Source: Chrysomallon squamiferum (lineage: Eukaryota > Animalia > Mollusca). From it: a stretch of DNA of 64,000 nt. Position numbers and translations under genes: made by a program. The DNA is taken from contig CM022677.1 of assembly GCA_012295275.1 (NCBI GenBank), forward strand, positions 20,894,001 to 20,958,000, written 5' to 3'. Shown one piece after another: positions 49,994 to 63,826 of the stretch. Every line of letters starts with the position of its first letter. The first letter of the stretch is position 1. Under the pieces are notes generated by a model, which made no database searches, was not told where the DNA came from, and was given only the letters and a program-made list of their open reading frames with translations.

Positions 49994-51000
49994 ATAAATA
50001 TTTGATCAAAGTAAAACTTGTTTCTAAAACACACTCAAATAAACACACACAAACACGCACACACAGCTTTTAAATATATAGTGGTGCATATGAGAAAAAA
50101 TATAATGCATTTTATATATTTCTTTTGATTTTCTAAAATTTATTTCTTTATGAATTAGGTTGCAATAAAATTTCATATGTTTATTTCAATATTTATTTTC
50201 TTTCATTATTTATTAACATGTGAATCTGAAAATACTCAATCAATCTGTCAAGTTTGTAAGAAAAAAAGTTAATCAAGACATTTTAAACCCTCACACCTCT
50301 ACCAATAGCAGATGTAACTGTGTTAAACTGGACTGAGATTATGAACTGCCTAAAAAGTGAATGACAAAGTTCCATTAGCCAGTTATTGTATGTTTGTGTA
50401 AAACACGTGTTGCTTTAGAACAGAAAACTGTGAACATTCTGGAACATCTTGAGGCAGATGAAGCACTGACTGCTGATCACTGTAGACTGAAACCTTCCAC
50501 CACTTTCCACTTACAAAACTACTACAGTCACAGTTACAGTGACAGTGTAGTTGTAGGCCTGCTAGAGAACACGTAGTAGCAGTAGTAGCTCTTGTTGTTG
50601 TAGTAGTAACATTTGTTGTTATTGCAGGATAAGTTGATCTGGTTGTAGCAGATATAGTAGAGTTATGGCAGCAATGATAGAAGTTGAGAAATTGTTAGAA
50701 CTGAAACAAATGTTTGACCATCTGTCAAACAACACAGTTTTCAGTCTCAGTAACGTGTATTAGTTACACACAAATACACACACAGAGAAGAGTTTTTTCT
50801 ATACTACTACTACTACTACTACTACTACTACAACTACTACTACTATTACTTCACCGGACATTTTTTGCTATCCCTTTCCAAATGTAACAATTTCGCCACT
50901 GACGCGGTCTTTACTCAGTGACCCAGGTTAATTACCAGTTCCAACTCTGCACTCCTTTCATTGTCTTTCATCATTGTTTTCAAGTGTTGGGAATATATTT

Positions 51001-51180
51001 AGTATCAATATTATCTGTCTTACGTGATTACAATCTGCACTCTGATTGAACAAAAGTCGAGATGATGGACACATGTGTCCTTTTATTGACAGGGAAGAAG
51101 AAATACTCAGAGTCATGTTAAGAGACACGCTGCCGGTTATTACATCCTCTGAAGAAACTAAAGCAATGACAGAACACACA

Positions 51181-51263
<83 letters not shown>

Positions 51264-51269
51264 TCTCTG

Positions 51270-51313
<44 letters not shown>

Positions 51314-51501
51314 CATGTGAAGAAGAAGAAGAAAAACAATGATGTTAATTATAATACTACATTAATGTCTGTCTGACACACACACTCACAGACAGACACT
51401 CTCTCTTATGTGTGTATGTGTATAAATCTTAATGGGCGGATTATGATTTAGACCAGGCTTTTAAATACGTATTATTACTATTTTTCATTACTATGATTAT
51501 G

Positions 51502-51557
<56 letters not shown>

Positions 51558-51703
51558 GATTATTATTATTTAAATACTATTTCACGTATTTTAAAATACA
51601 TTAAATAATTAAATGAAGTATTTTCTCTGTACCCAGTGTTACATTCGATACTTTTGCCCACGAAGTATTTTATCTGTGATTATTAAAAATGATTGTGATG
51701 GTG

Positions 51704-51745
<42 letters not shown>

Positions 51746-52800
51746 TATTTTTTTATTTGTTTTGTTGTTGTTCTTTCTACGCACAAGCACACGCACAAGA
51801 ACACACACACATCGGATCGAAAACGAAAAAATTATCAAAATTGCAGAAGATTTGTTACAAAGTGAATCCGAGTCAAAGTTAATATTCCACAATTCACCAA
51901 ACTTCAAAACACAACTTCTCAGTTTTTGGCACAGTCTTTTACAAAAATTGATAAAGTTGACTTTAAATCTGATAAAAAAAAAGAAATATCTGTCCACGTT
52001 GGAGAAATTTCCACAGCCATCGAAACAGACACACAAATAGGCAGACTGACAAACGTACTCAAACACACAGGCAGATGAATGAAATCCTTGGCCGTTTTCC
52101 ATCCTGGTGTCAGATGAGGACAACAGTAAAATTGTTTTTAGTGATTTTATGAAGCGATCTGTACAATGTTTTCGTTTAGAAAGAAGATCAGAAATAAACA
52201 AACATCCAACTTCCTGTCCACCATGCGGTCTTGCTGTATCACGTGATCAGCAGGATGTTGTTGTTGTTCTGGCTGGTGACAATAAAATATAGTTTTTAAA
52301 TTTGGAAAACTTCAAACTTAACGAAACAATTAAAACCGATAAACAGTATTTGTTTATCACTGTGTTACCCTACATTTATCTGGCGGTCACTGGATGTGAC
52401 TGGTCATATACTGGTCAATGCATGGACATTCTCACAGACAATGGTCAGCTACTTAATTCCATCTCAGCAGGTTTGATCCCCAGACCGTCGTGTCTCACAG
52501 TTCAGGATCAATGTCTGATTGTTTTGTCAGAGAGAGAAAACGTAAACAGTTTATTTTGTGTGACGCCATCAGGTGACGTCAAATGGTAGTCACGTGATTC
52601 ACCCAGCCTGAGCAGATTAACAGGCGCTGCATGTAACAGGATGGGAATATTTTTGTTTGTGATTGTGATAGAAATTGTGACGGAAAACTTCTACGACACT
52701 GAAGAGGATGGACTGTCCGGACCTTTGTCTGTCTGCTAAAACAAACTGTACGTGACTGAGTTCAACAATGAAGAAATAAAAGTGTTTACTTGTTGTAAAA
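51001..52800 (+). pseudogene. TRIM-like B-box/coiled-coil/NHL beta-propeller pseudogene
   Basis: B-box-like remnant IICLT*...DDGHMCPFI at 51001-51090, a helical segment (IENEKIIKIAEDLLQ), then NHL-type blades (KIVFSDF, PCGLAVS, PSCLTV, IFVCD, PLSVC, KLYVTE...IKVF). Multiple stops and frameshifts, and interruption by (CT)n, (ATT)n and a repeat module. Confidence 0.7.
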
Positions 52801-52951
52801 AGTAAACGTCAAACTGTCTGCCATGTTAGTTTCAATTTAACTGTTTTGAAGTTGAAAGTCGGCAGACATTTCTTACTTTACACGAACTGAAATCAGTTCT
52901 TTATTTCCTGTAAAGTAATACATTTATTTTGTTATTTTTTATTTCCCTCCT

Positions 52952-52986
<35 letters not shown>

Positions 52987-53092
52987 TTACCAATTACTTT
53001 TTTCTTTTGAATTACTTTATCGTTTCAACTTACTAAAAAAAAAATAATAAATTTAAATTTACAGTCACAAATTTCACCCAGTTTTGTCATTT

Positions 53093-53175
<83 letters not shown>

Positions 53176-53355
53176 ACAATTATATTAATAACATACTTTA
53201 TTATTAAAAAGTATATTGACAACAACAACAATAATAATAGCAAAAATAATATAATAATAATAAATACAATAAATAAGTAAATAAATAAATAAATAAGACA
53301 CAAAGACTCAGTCTGTATAGAATTTTGACCCTGAGAATGTACAAATATCTACAAC

Positions 53356-53398
<43 letters not shown>

Positions 53399-53967
53399 AA
53401 AAAAATAACGTGTAGAAAAGTTATTAGTTTCAAATGTTTGTGTTGTGACAGAAGCGATACAAATATTCATAACAGTTAGTGGTTTTATTTATTTATTTAT
53501 TTTTTATTGCTGGTTTTGTTACCTCGATATAACTTAAATAAATAAATAAAAGGTTTTTTATTTTGATTAGCCAATACCAGTTACGAATGTAAAAGACAAT
53601 TTTATTTTATTTTTTATTTATTTATTTATTTTTTTAATTTCAGCTACTAATACCATTACCTAACTGAATGTCATAAAGAAATTTGTTTTAGTCCCTGATG
53701 GTGAATGGTGAAAACTGCACAGATTGTAAAATCAGTTTGTTGTGTTAAAGAAGTGACATCTTAAAACTGATGAACTATTTAATTCAGTACTCAACCAGTC
53801 ACTCACTGAGCTGTGTTGAAATAATCGTAATGATAATGGTCGTGATGACAAAGATAATGATGACGTAATTAATTATTAACATAAAATTATTACGTTTTGG
53901 TTACACTTTAAAAACAAAGAAGGACACATTTCGTTGCTAAGGTTTCATTTCAGTGTTTTCTTTTCGT

Positions 53968-55102
53968 TTATCCCAGAACCATTTGCTCGCAGAATCGTCC
54001 GCCGTAAAGACCTGAGCATGCGCAGTAGTACACGCCGTTCTCTGTGTTGTGGCAGGTTCCGCCATTTTGACAAGGGTTGTGTATATAACAAAGATGATCG
54101 GTTTTATCTGAGAAAAAGAAAAGCGAATATAAGCATATATACGTACAAACAAACAAACAAACATACATACATACATACATACATACAAACAAACATACAC
54201 TCACATACATGCACACACATGTATACATATACACACACACATACATACATATATACATACACACATACAAACAAATACACACAGACATACATACATACAT
54301 ACACACATACATATATACATACACACATAGAAACATATATACATATACGCATACATACATACATACGTACATACGGACACATGTATTTAGGATTAAATAT
54401 TATCTGTCTTATATGTCTGACTAGACGCTTCAGTAGACAGTGTTCAGGACAGAACTGGCTCATGTCGACAGTATTCAGGACAGAACTGGCTCATGTCGAC
54501 AGTATTCAGGACAGAACTGGCTCATGTAGACAAACTTGAACTGCTGGTGACGAGACTCGGAAGTATGACAACAGTTCTCCAGCTTTCCGAAGACAGACGA
54601 CATTACAAGTAGGTCTGCAAAACAACGTCTCTCTCTCTCTCACACACACACACACACGTACATACACGCACACAGCCATACACAGACACACACACAAACA
54701 CACCCACACAGAGACACACAAACACAGTTACACGTAGAGGTCGAAAGGTATGCGCTGTTTCAGTGAACTGGTGCGTGTGTTCAGTGATATGCACGTACAC
54801 ATACGTCACACATGCACGTACACATACGTCACAAATGCACGTACATATACGTCACTCATGCACAAACACATACGTCACACATGCACGTACACATACGTCA
54901 CACATGCACGTACACATACGTCACACAGATAAGAAATGTTTAGATGCACAGACAGACATATTTACCGACACACTTGACAATCGGTGGACACGGTCCCATC
55001 TTACAGAAAATAGGCTTTTCAATACAAACATGGTCCTGTGAACATTCTGTTGTCTGCATTGAAAACAACAACAATAATAACAACAACAACAACAACAATA
55101 AC

Positions 55103-55163
<61 letters not shown>

Positions 55164-57172
55164 GCAATAATAATAATAATAACAATAATAATAATAATAA
55201 TAATTGCAATAATAATTTGAAATAAATAAATAAACAGAATAACCAATATATATATATATATATATAATGAAAAGCTTATGTAATAAAATATATAAAATAA
55301 ATTCCTTAAAAAAAAATCTCTTCTCTGTCAGTCCATTTCAGTGTATCTGTCTGTCTCTCTGTCTGTCTGTCCCCGCGCTTTCTGTTTATGTGCATGAATT
55401 TATTGTTAGAAACGTTTTATTGACTTCAGTGCAGAGTACAGATGCACTTTGAACTTGTTTCAAAGCATTAACGTATTAGTACAAACCTTACAGCTGTCTG
55501 TGATTACTTCATCTGAAAAATAAATAAATAAATAATAAAACAAAGTTAACACATATAATTAAAAATAATAATAAATAAATGAAACAAAACTGAAATAAGT
55601 AAAGAAAAAAAAGGGAAAAAAACCGATATTTAAAACATGTGTAAACAGAAAATGATTATAATGTAGACAATGATGATGATGATGATGATGATAATAATAA
55701 TATCAATAATCATCATAAACATAATCATAATAATAGTAACAGTAACAAAAACAAAAACAATAACAATAAAATAACAAATAATGGCTAGATGTATGTACAA
55801 ATACAAATGTGTATCTAGTTCTATACGACAACTTCAATTCCAAAACGAGATAAACGCCAAATATATTTTTTTTTAATTTATTTAACGCTATCAAAGGTTA
55901 AACATTTCACAGCTGTTCAGTGTCCCAGATTAACTTCTCCCAGAACGCGATGTCCGCCGCTAATCTGCGCAGTAGACTGTAGATCTTCGGTCTGTCACGT
56001 GATAAGCACCATGCGTAGTTTTTCACAAGCTGCCGGTGCACCATGTCGATCAGTCAACGGCCGCCATTATCGTGACGTCATCCAATATGGCAGCCTCCAT
56101 GATCTAACAAAATTGCTTACCGTTCCGTGTAATTTTCAACCACATTAACAATTAATAATGAACAATGTTCACAGAGCCGATAATAATAATTAATTTAAAA
56201 ACAAACAAAAAATGTGATTTCAAAGTTATTTAGTAAAGATCAAAACAGAAAAAGATAAATAAATAAAAAAATATTTTCTCCAAAGCAGAAATATGTATGT
56301 GTGTATGTGTGTGTGTGTATATATATATATATATTCTTTTTGCTTTTTCTCAGATTTGTTTTATACATAAACCATGTTTAAACAGGTAAATAAATAAAAG
56401 AAGCAAGTGTGTTATACCTTATACATTTTTTATTTATTTATTTATTTTCTCTGTTTTTAATGAATAAAAAAAAAATAATTCAAATTGATAAAGCGATTGA
56501 TGCACACACAAATAGTAAAATAGACAGACACAGTTTTAGAGAGACAGAAAGACAAACTATACCTGAACGTATGACAACCATACAGCTGAGAAAAGCAGCA
56601 AAATAAAATAAATTACCTGAAACGGAGCACAATTAATTAACATTTTAAAATTATGTACAAAAGCATTCAGGAATCTGCACAAACGTACTTCTCCAGAAAT
56701 GCAAAACCATTTCTGAATTTACTTCAGAAACTATTCCAGAACGTCTCAGGTAATCACTGTTAGTGAAATGTACTGAACTCATTTGTGAAACTTTTGTAAG
56801 CTAAAATATTGCTCCTTCATCATTGTTCCAATGTCAACGTTACAGCAATTATAGAATGTTGAAGCAATTATTTGTATCTCTCATTTAAACGAGCAAACAT
56901 TCAGCGTATACGTATATATATATATGTCTGTGTATGTTTCTGTGTCTGATGTATATATATATGTGTGTATGTGTGTGTGTGTGTGTGTAACTCTGTGTGT
57001 ATGTATGTATGTATGTATGTGTGTGTGTGTGTGTGTCTAACTTTGTGTGTATGTATGTATGTATGTATGTATGTGTGCGTGTGTGTGTGTCATGTAAAAA
57101 TACATGTTTGTGTCTAGGTCTAGGTATACAGGTAAATAGTTTAACAAGTAGTTACTTACCAACGCGCCACAT
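53968..57172 (-). CDS. Small secreted cysteine-rich protein: signal peptide + 6-Cys module + EGF-like domain (106 aa)
   Basis: Minus-strand exons 57172-57160, 56616-56563, 55512-55487, 55053-54966, 54107-53968 (13+54+26+88+140 = 321 nt), all GT-AG with matching phases. Translation: MWRVGNLFYFAAFLSCMVVIRS-DEVITDSCKTTECSQDHVCIEKPIFCKMGPCPPIVKCVDKTDHLCYIHNPCQNGGTCHNTENGVYYCACSGLYGGRFCEQMVLG*. Confidence 0.85.
54436..54530. repeat. 31-bp tandem repeat x3 (gacagtattcaggacagaactggctcatgtc), intronic
   Basis: Directly visible in the sequence. Confidence 0.85.
54790..54925. repeat. 23-bp tandem repeat, ~6 units (gcacgtacacatacgtcacacat), intronic
   Basis: Directly visible in the sequence. Confidence 0.8.
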
Positions 57173-57691
57173 TTTGTTGTAAATGTGAATTTTAGCAGAT
57201 GACTTCTTTCTTTCTTTCTTTCACAGCTGAATTTCTGTTATCTTTTATCCGTGTGACGTTTGTCTATCTGAACAAAGAGTTACTCGCGAGTAAAGGTTTC
57301 TTCTAAGTGTCAGTGTTAATACGCTATTTTTATATTTTATTTTCATTATTATTATGTGTGTGTCTGTATGTCTGTCTGTATATGTGCGTGTGTTTGTGTG
57401 TGATAATATTCAAATTGAAATTTTCCGGCTTTACAAATACAGACATTATATGTGTAATGTGCGAGATACAAAAATAATTTATACACACACACACACACAT
57501 ATACATATACATACACACATACACATACATATAATGTTGACTTTGTACTGAGTTTATCTCTAAGTTATCAATATAAGACAGCCAAGTAAACTTTGCTCTT
57601 GAGAAAACAGATTAGTAAGTCACGTTATCACTGACAGGTGTTTCAGTAACAAGTGAAATATACACGAACACAGATAACTAAATATAAACAG

Positions 57692-57775
57692 ATTAAACAA
57701 ATGATATTACCAGTATTAAACAAATGATATTACCAGTATTAAACAAATGATATTACCAGTATTAAACAAATGATA
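57692..57775. repeat. 23-bp tandem repeat, ~3.6 units (attaaacaaatgatattaccagt)
   Basis: Directly visible in the sequence. Confidence 0.85.
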
Positions 57776-57821
57776 TAAAAATGTTGATGATAAAGAAAAT
57801 TTTATTTACAAGGGAACAGTC

Positions 57822-58285
57822 GTAGCACTAACACCAACAGCAGTAGTAACAGGATAAGTAACAGTAATAGTTAGAGTAACATTAGTAGCAGTAACAGCAA
57901 CAGCAATAGTAACATAATAAGTAACAGTAATAGTTAGAGTAACATTAGTAGCAGTAACACCAACAGCAGTAGTAACAGTATAAGTAACAGTAATAGTTAG
58001 AGTAACATTAGTAGCAGTAACACCAACAGCAGTAGTAACAGGATAAGTAACAGTAATAGTTAGAGTAACATTAGTAGCAGTAACACCAACAGCAGTAGTA
58101 ACAGGATAAGTAACAGTAATAGTTAGAGTAACATTAGTAGCAGTAACACCAACAGCAGTAGTAACAGGATAAGTAACAGTAATAGTTCGAGTAACATGAG
58201 TAGCAGTAACACCAACAGCAGTAGTAACAGGATAAGTAACAGTAATAGTTAGAGTAACATGAGTAGCAGTAACAGCAACAGTAGT
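57822..58285. repeat. 63-bp minisatellite, ~7 units
   Basis: caccaacagcagtagtaacaggataagtaacagtaatagttagagtaacattagtagcagtaa at 63-bp spacing (57832 to 58273). Confidence 0.9.
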
Positions 58286-58930
58286 AGCTGTAGCAGTAAA
58301 GCTGTAGCGACTTGAATAGTATTAACAACTGCAGTATTAGTAGCACTAGTAACAGCATGGTGGTGGTAGTGTTAATAGGTAGTAGTCATAGTAGAATTAG
58401 ACGTAGCATTATCAAATATTGTAACAGTAGTTAAAGTAGTACTAATAATAGTTTAATGGTATTGATGTTAGTAGTGGTATTAAACCTGCAGCAGCAACAG
58501 TACTATTAGCAGTTGTAGTAATAGTAGTATTAGTAATACTTGTAGTATTTAAACAAAACAGGACCTGGCTGTTTCATGTTAAAGAGAAAAGATAAAAATG
58601 TATTGTTGATAAGTAATCTTTGTAACTGACGCAGGTAATTATCAATTTACAAGGCCATAGTCTCAAACTGACATACATAGTAAAATTACTACTGATGATA
58701 CTACTCCTGTTTTGAAATAAAAATTTCTTATTAACAAAATGTCTGAACATAATAAATGTGGGTTGATCGTAGAGACGTGCCCCAGTGCTTAAAGGAAGGT
58801 GGAGTCTAGCAATCAACGGTCGGCTTACAAAACGTGTTAGTTAGCATGGCAGGAACAGTGGTATGACGAATTACCCTGCAGGACTTGCGATATAGCAAAT
58901 CTTACTGGAACAACAAGCATTATTACCATG

Positions 58931-59130
58931 NNNNNNNNNNNNNNNNNNNNNNNNNNNNNNNNNNNNNNNNNNNNNNNNNNNNNNNNNNNNNNNNNNNNNN
59001 NNNNNNNNNNNNNNNNNNNNNNNNNNNNNNNNNNNNNNNNNNNNNNNNNNNNNNNNNNNNNNNNNNNNNNNNNNNNNNNNNNNNNNNNNNNNNNNNNNNN
59101 NNNNNNNNNNNNNNNNNNNNNNNNNNNNNN
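58931..59130. other. Assembly gap (200 N)
   Basis: Run of N. Confidence 1.
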
Positions 59131-60271
59131 CTGTTCAGTAAATAATGTTGACATTGTTTTTCAAAAATGAATAGTTTATGTTTCTTTCTGTGTGTATGTG
59201 TGCGTGTGTGCGTCTGTTTCTGTGACCTAAAACATCTGCGGGGTCTCAGCGTAGTGTGTTTCGCTTCAGTAAACAAATAAAATGTTACTTGAAGAAATTT
59301 CAAATTAGTTTATGCAATGAATAGAGACGAAAAAGATGCAAAAAAAAGAAGCAAAACGTTTGTGTATCTCAGTGAAAAATAATCTTCTAACTCACACAAA
59401 CATACAATAAAATGGTAATAAAATATTTATACAGAAAAAAGTGTATTATTATTATTATTATTATTATTGCGTTAAACCTTCTACAAAATGTTCTGTTCAG
59501 GGATATGAAGTATGTTCTTTGACCCCCTCTCTCATTCATACGTACACAAATCGAAAAATAGTAACTGATATTTCAAAAAGCGTCTAGATATGAAACAGGA
59601 TATCTCACTAGAGATCTATAATTGCAGGTGTTAGAGACTTGTATCGGCTTTTCTCTATTGTGTATGACAAGTTAGTTGGAGCAAGGGACTGATTCACTAC
59701 AGTCACAGAGGAGGGGAACAGGGCCGGAACTGATGATTCAGTGTTTTTAGTATGATGAAGAAAACGATAGTTTTGTTTTGTTTTCTTTTGCTTTGTTTTA
59801 TTATTTATTTAATTATTTACTTATTTTTCATATGTTCTGTGACGTAAGCATACAAAAGTAAATTTACAATACAATTCACTTTTACACACAATCACACAAC
59901 ACACACACACTCACACAAACATACACACACGCACACACTCGATATTAGACTGAAATTGATATTAAGTAATCTAAAATGTTTATAAATATAAATAAATAAC
60001 TAAATGATTTTAAATAAAGAAAGGGAAAGCTACAGATGAGTAAACAAGTAAAATGTTTATTGTATTTTGAATTTACGTTAGATATGAAACTGGATACCTC
60101 ATGGGATATCTATAGATGCGGGTTTCAAATGCGGGTGTTAGAAATCTTGTTTCAGCTTTTCTTTATTCTGCACGTTCAAGTTGGTGTGAGACAGGGCCGG
60201 TACATACATACAAGAAATTTCATTATTATTATTACTATTATTACTATTATTATTATTATTATTATTACTAC

Positions 60272-60305
<34 letters not shown>

Positions 60306-60332
60306 TGTTATTGTTGTTGTCTTTTAAGAACC

Positions 60333-60363
<31 letters not shown>

Positions 60364-60398
60364 TCATAATGTTCGTTTTAACTTTCAAGTTTGTAATA

Positions 60399-61150
60399 CA
60401 GTGGAAGCTCGACTTACGAGTGCTCCACGTTACGAGCAAGCTTCAGATACGACATCGCTAGTTGGCGCAACAAACAACACAACATCCGCCCAGCATCCCG
60501 CGTCTCACTCGTTTGCTTCACATGCTTTCCTGGCCGTGGAACAATCTCTGTTGTGTTGTGCTCGCATTTTCTGCAGGCTTTCTTCCAAATTTCCATAGAT
60601 CCATGACCATGGATCCTAAGAAAATGAGTGCAAAGGAAATTGCTGAGAAGAATAAGTGGATGATGTCCATTGAATTAAAGCATGAATTCATGGAAAAACG
60701 AGCTAGGTGTGCCTGTAGTCGATTAAGCTAGGCAGTGCGAACGTAGTACTTCTACGATATGTATGACACTGAAGCAGAAGGAGTCGATAAAGGCTATAAC
60801 CAGAGAAAGGAGTTAAAATAATTTCTAAGCTGCGGACCTCTGTCCATGAAAAGATGCAGAAACCCTAACACTGTACATTTTACAAAACCAATTTAAATTT
60901 TTTACATTCCATTTTATTTTGTTTTCATAAAATATTTGTCATTTATACATACATTTTTCTTATTAAAAAATTGGGGTGTTCTTTTTTTGTTTTATTTATT
61001 TATTTATTTATTTTTTTGAGGGGAGGGGGCTGGAACGTATTAATGGTATTTGAATTAATTTAATTTGGGAAAACTGATTTGATATACAAACAAATTGAGT
61101 TCCGTGCTCGGCCACGTAACGAATGAAACTCCTAAGTCGCGGTAATACTG
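60399..61150 (+). mobile_element. Internally deleted Tigger/pogo (Tc1/mariner superfamily) DNA transposon
   Basis: TA target-site duplication at both ends. Imperfect TIRs: left CAGTGGAAGCTCGACTTACGAGT, right (reverse complement) CAGTATTACCGCGACTTAGGAGT. Frameshifted CENP-B/psq-type HTH remnant at ~60609-60800 (MDPKKMSAKEIAEKNKWMMSIELKHEFMEK...ARQCERSTSTICMTLKQKESIKAI). No DDE domain. Confidence 0.85.
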
Positions 61151-61257
61151 TACTCCTGACCACTTTAAGTACGGACCTTTGAGGTTTGCAATCAATCTGA
61201 AAAATCTGAACTGTATCAATCACCTTCAAACGCACAAATCAGTTTTACATTTAACAG

Positions 61258-61319
<62 letters not shown>

Positions 61320-61506
61320 CAGCAACAGCAACATCAGTAACAACAACAATAATAATAATAATAATAAAGACAGACACATAAGCTAATAAAATATATATCC
61401 TTAGAATGTACTGAATTTACCAGCTAATATTATTCATTCATTCATTTGTAAAGAAATGAAGTTATATAATGCGTAGATCTCAACAAAAACAACAACAAAA
61501 AACAAA

Positions 61507-61560
<54 letters not shown>

Positions 61561-61731
61561 GATTATCATTATTATTATTATTATTATTATTATCTGCACA
61601 TGATTAAGAATCATGCTTTCATTTTGTGTTCCGTTTTTTCATTTGTACAGTCTATTTATATCTCCAGTTTAGTATTCAAGTTTATCTTCGTCCGCGAAGT
61701 GCATAACCTTACATTCTCGTTCTGTAATTAT

Positions 61732-61823
<92 letters not shown>

Positions 61824-62054
61824 ATCTCTCTGTCTCTCTCTCTCACACACACACACATATACACACACATACACACATATAGACACAGGAACAGACACAC
61901 ATACACACGCATATATACACACACACACACACAATATCGATCTACCCATGTGTGTGTATGCGGATGTGTGAATGTGTGCGCTGTGTGTGTGTGTTTGTGT
62001 GTAAAGGTATAAAAACATATTTATTTTATTTTATTTATAATTTTGAGAGAGAGA

Positions 62055-62118
<64 letters not shown>

Positions 62119-62151
62119 AAACATGAGTGAGTGATAATATTTTAATTATTA

Positions 62152-62199
<48 letters not shown>

Positions 62200-63218
62200 G
62201 TGTACGTGACTAAAAGCACACGTTCACTTTGTATCTTGTTTTCCTTTTGTACGGTTTATTTATATATCTGCTATAAAGACACGATACCCGCCAGTTCACT
62301 ATTCAAGTTCAAAAGTGATTTATGTTTTGCCGTTGAAATGTATGATCTTTGTCTGTTCCTCTACCAGCGAGTTGGTGTGTATATTATTATAACATGTGTG
62401 ACAAACATTTATAACATTCACTAATCTGTACAAATTATACTAAGATTTTTTTATTTCTGTTTATTTTATCATAAACATATAAATCTTTAAAGAGTTTTTT
62501 TTTCTTCTTGTTAGAAAAGTTTCGCTAAAAATTTAAATTTTACGCCCCTTCTTTCTGTCAGTTGGTATCGTCCTCTCACCGAGAGTCATCTGTCAAAACC
62601 GGATTCTCCGCACAAACTGGGACGAAAATAAACTGGGACGAAAATAAAAGAAATTTTGTTCAAGTGATAAATGTTTCATTTCGATATTCAAAGGTAAGAA
62701 CATGTTTTACTGTTATTGTTATTGTTGTTCTTATTCTAAGATATTTTAAAATAGAATTTTATTCTTTAGTTTATGCTCTTAAAATTTAGTAGACAATTGT
62801 ATCGGTGTTTCACGCAATGATTACAGGGGAGGTCAGAGGTGGATAGAGGAAAGTAATGTCTGGTTATGGGCTGTAGCAATTTTCTGTCTCTAAGTCAATT
62901 CCGCGAATATTTTATCAAAAGCCGTGATATGTGACTAGCAATATAAGGTACCCGTCCCATGACGTCAACAGATTTCTTTTCTTCCATTCTCTCTGACGTC
63001 ATAAACCATACGTACTGACTCTACAAAACTGTTCATTTAAAATGTGTTTAGTGCGACATCAATAAGTTTTGTCCTCACTATTCTGCAGAAATGTCATTTG
63101 TTTACGAAAGTTTTGAAATGTAAATTCATAATTGTTATTTTCAATATATATACTTCCATGAAGATCAAGTTTCTTTTATTGCACTCATAATAATAATAAT
63201 AACAACAACAACAACAAC

Positions 63219-63295
<77 letters not shown>

Positions 63296-63567
63296 TAATA
63301 ATAATAATAAAAGCAAGAAATTGTCAAAGAATTGAAACACTTTTGTTTCTTCTTTCTTGATTGTTTTTAAAAGTTACACTACTCAGATTTAGCAGTCAAT
63401 GGTAGGAAGATGATCAGTGTTTTGTAACCACAATGGTCAAAATTTATTTCTTATTACTTAATTTTTCTTTTACATATTTATTAATTTATTTTCTGTTACT
63501 TCAAAGAAAACTGGATAACATATTTAGTTATTTATTTGGATAAAATTACTATTGTTTTTATTATCAA

Positions 63568-63606
<39 letters not shown>

Positions 63607-63711
63607 GTTCGTTTCATTTCATTTATTTCTTTTCTGTCCGCCATTGTAAATGTGTCTGTGTGATTTAGTAACAACTGTAAGATTATCATGAGTTAGTATA
63701 GTTAAAGGAAA

Positions 63712-63826
<115 letters not shown>

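Noticed and set aside
53934-54539. 201-aa plus-strand ORF
   Set aside because: Antisense to the EGF exon plus (ACAT)n low-complexity sequence.
58134-58358. Cys/Tyr-rich keratin-associated-like ORF
   Set aside because: Translation of the 63-bp minisatellite; no ATG start and no splice support.
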